From Raja brachyura (taxonomy: Eukaryota): DNA of 64,000 nt. The notes below the pieces were generated by a model. That model did no database searches. It saw nothing but the letters and a program-made list of their open reading frames with translations, and was not told the origin of the DNA. The stretch spans positions 22,258,001 to 22,322,000 of the forward strand of contig OY740807.1 of the NCBI GenBank assembly GCA_963514005.1. The letters run 5' to 3'. This document shows, piece after piece, positions 62,726-64,000 of this stretch. Position 1 is the first letter of the stretch; every line of letters begins with the position of its first letter. The position numbers were made by a program, and so were the translations under genes.

Positions 62726-63454
62726 TGAGGCAGCTGCACAGCAGATTCCCACCTTCAAAATACCTTCTGACTTTGCTGCTTTTCCCATTTTATTAAGCTT
62801 GTAGCCTTCAGGCTAAAATACTAAATCAAAGAACCCTTTCAATTTACATTTTTGGAAAATTGGTAGCCAAAAATAAACAAGTTGTTAGGTTCCACGATAG
62901 TGAAACCCTACGACATTGACATTGTCATTTATAACAGATTGCCAGCTTAATGTGGTTTTTTTTTCTCCAGCTCCTTGGAGAAAGTCTAATAATTGTACAT
63001 GAGCTGTCAGCACAATAACAGTGTTAACAGAAAAAAATCCTGCCTACTTCAGCATGTAGCAAAATAGAGAAAACCTACAGCCCTATTGGGAAATACAATT
63101 GAGCAAGTAGTCAGTGTCATGAAAGCCAACTAATAACATGCCCATATTATTGGCACAATGAGCTTCAGATGACACCTTACAATTAGTAGAGATCTGGTCA
63201 ATTGCCAGAGGAGTAAAAAGGTTTGCGCAACGTTAAATGGTCTTGCTTTGGCACAAGACCAAGAGGAAATTGTGATTGCCCATTAGAATAGAACGATGTG
63301 TTCTACTTTTATATGACATTTGCAATAATGAAATTATCTTAGATTAGCAGAACATAAAAAAAAATGTTATGAATCACCATTCATGGATTTTTGGGTGGCA
63401 TTACAAAAGATTGATGCCCAAGGTAGAATCAATCAGATTCCTGTCCTCGTCTGT

Positions 63455-63695
63455 GAACCTTTTCACTCAAAAGGTTGTGGGTGTATGGAACAAGCTGCCG
63501 GAGGAGGTAGTTGAGGCAGGTTTCTATCGTAACATTTAAGAAATATCTAGATAGGTACTTGGAAGGACAGGTTAAGAGGGATATGGGCCAAATGCAGGCA
63601 GGTGGGACTTGTGTATTTGGGTCATGCTGGCTGGTGTGGGCAGGTTGGGCTTAAGGGCCAGTTTCTATACTGTAAGACTCTGTGACTCTATCACT
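63455..63695 (+). mobile_element. CR1 3' terminus
   Basis: ttttcactcaaaaggttgtgggtgtatggaacaagctgccggaggagg...ggatatgggccaaatgcagg followed by a (gactctat)-like tail. Confidence 0.85.
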
Positions 63696-64000
63696 CAATG
63701 TTGCGTGAAAGGCTTTGAGAAATCGCCAGAGGAGCAAGGGTCAAAGATCTCAAAACCCAACACACTTCTGACAAAATGGTGCCTGCTCACAATACTCGAC
63801 TTTGCCTCCGAACTGCAATCTGTGCCATTTAGGGCAATGGGACAGCTGCATGGGTACTTCGCCAGCTCTACATGTCCATCCAAGTCACACGCCATTCTGG
63901 CATGAGCATCAATTGTTTTTCCTTCATCTCATCAGAAACAAATCACAAGAACTTACTACCCAAGGAGTAGGAATACCTTTAGCACACAGTCAGAAAGGTT

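Overview
Repeat-dominated vertebrate genomic DNA, intronic or intergenic. HE1/V-SINEs, young CR1 LINEs, Penelope-derived foldback elements and DeuSINE remnants point to a cartilaginous fish, probably a skate or ray (inference). No intact host protein-coding gene is recognisable: most listed ORFs are transposon fragments, low-complexity sequence or chance. The main structure is a nested transposon stack at about 28.2-35.3 kb. A minus-strand non-autonomous Helitron (TC...hairpin-CTAG) contains a 5.4 kb DNA transposon with 23-bp TIRs, a perfect 8-bp TSD and an intact spliced THAP-domain first exon that is absent from the ORF track (P-element/THAP-like). That element contains a plus-strand Helitron, which holds a second THAP-element copy interrupted by a CR1. 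Other points of interest are minimal type I hammerhead ribozyme cores in Penelope-derived elements, a teleost-like L2 (possible horizontal transfer), several PIF/Harbinger MITEs, a hAT element with an internal 67-nt palindrome, a 79-bp foldback duplication, and weak candidate exon chains on both strands. All family names come from motif recognition, not database searches. Two assembly gaps fall inside the nested region.
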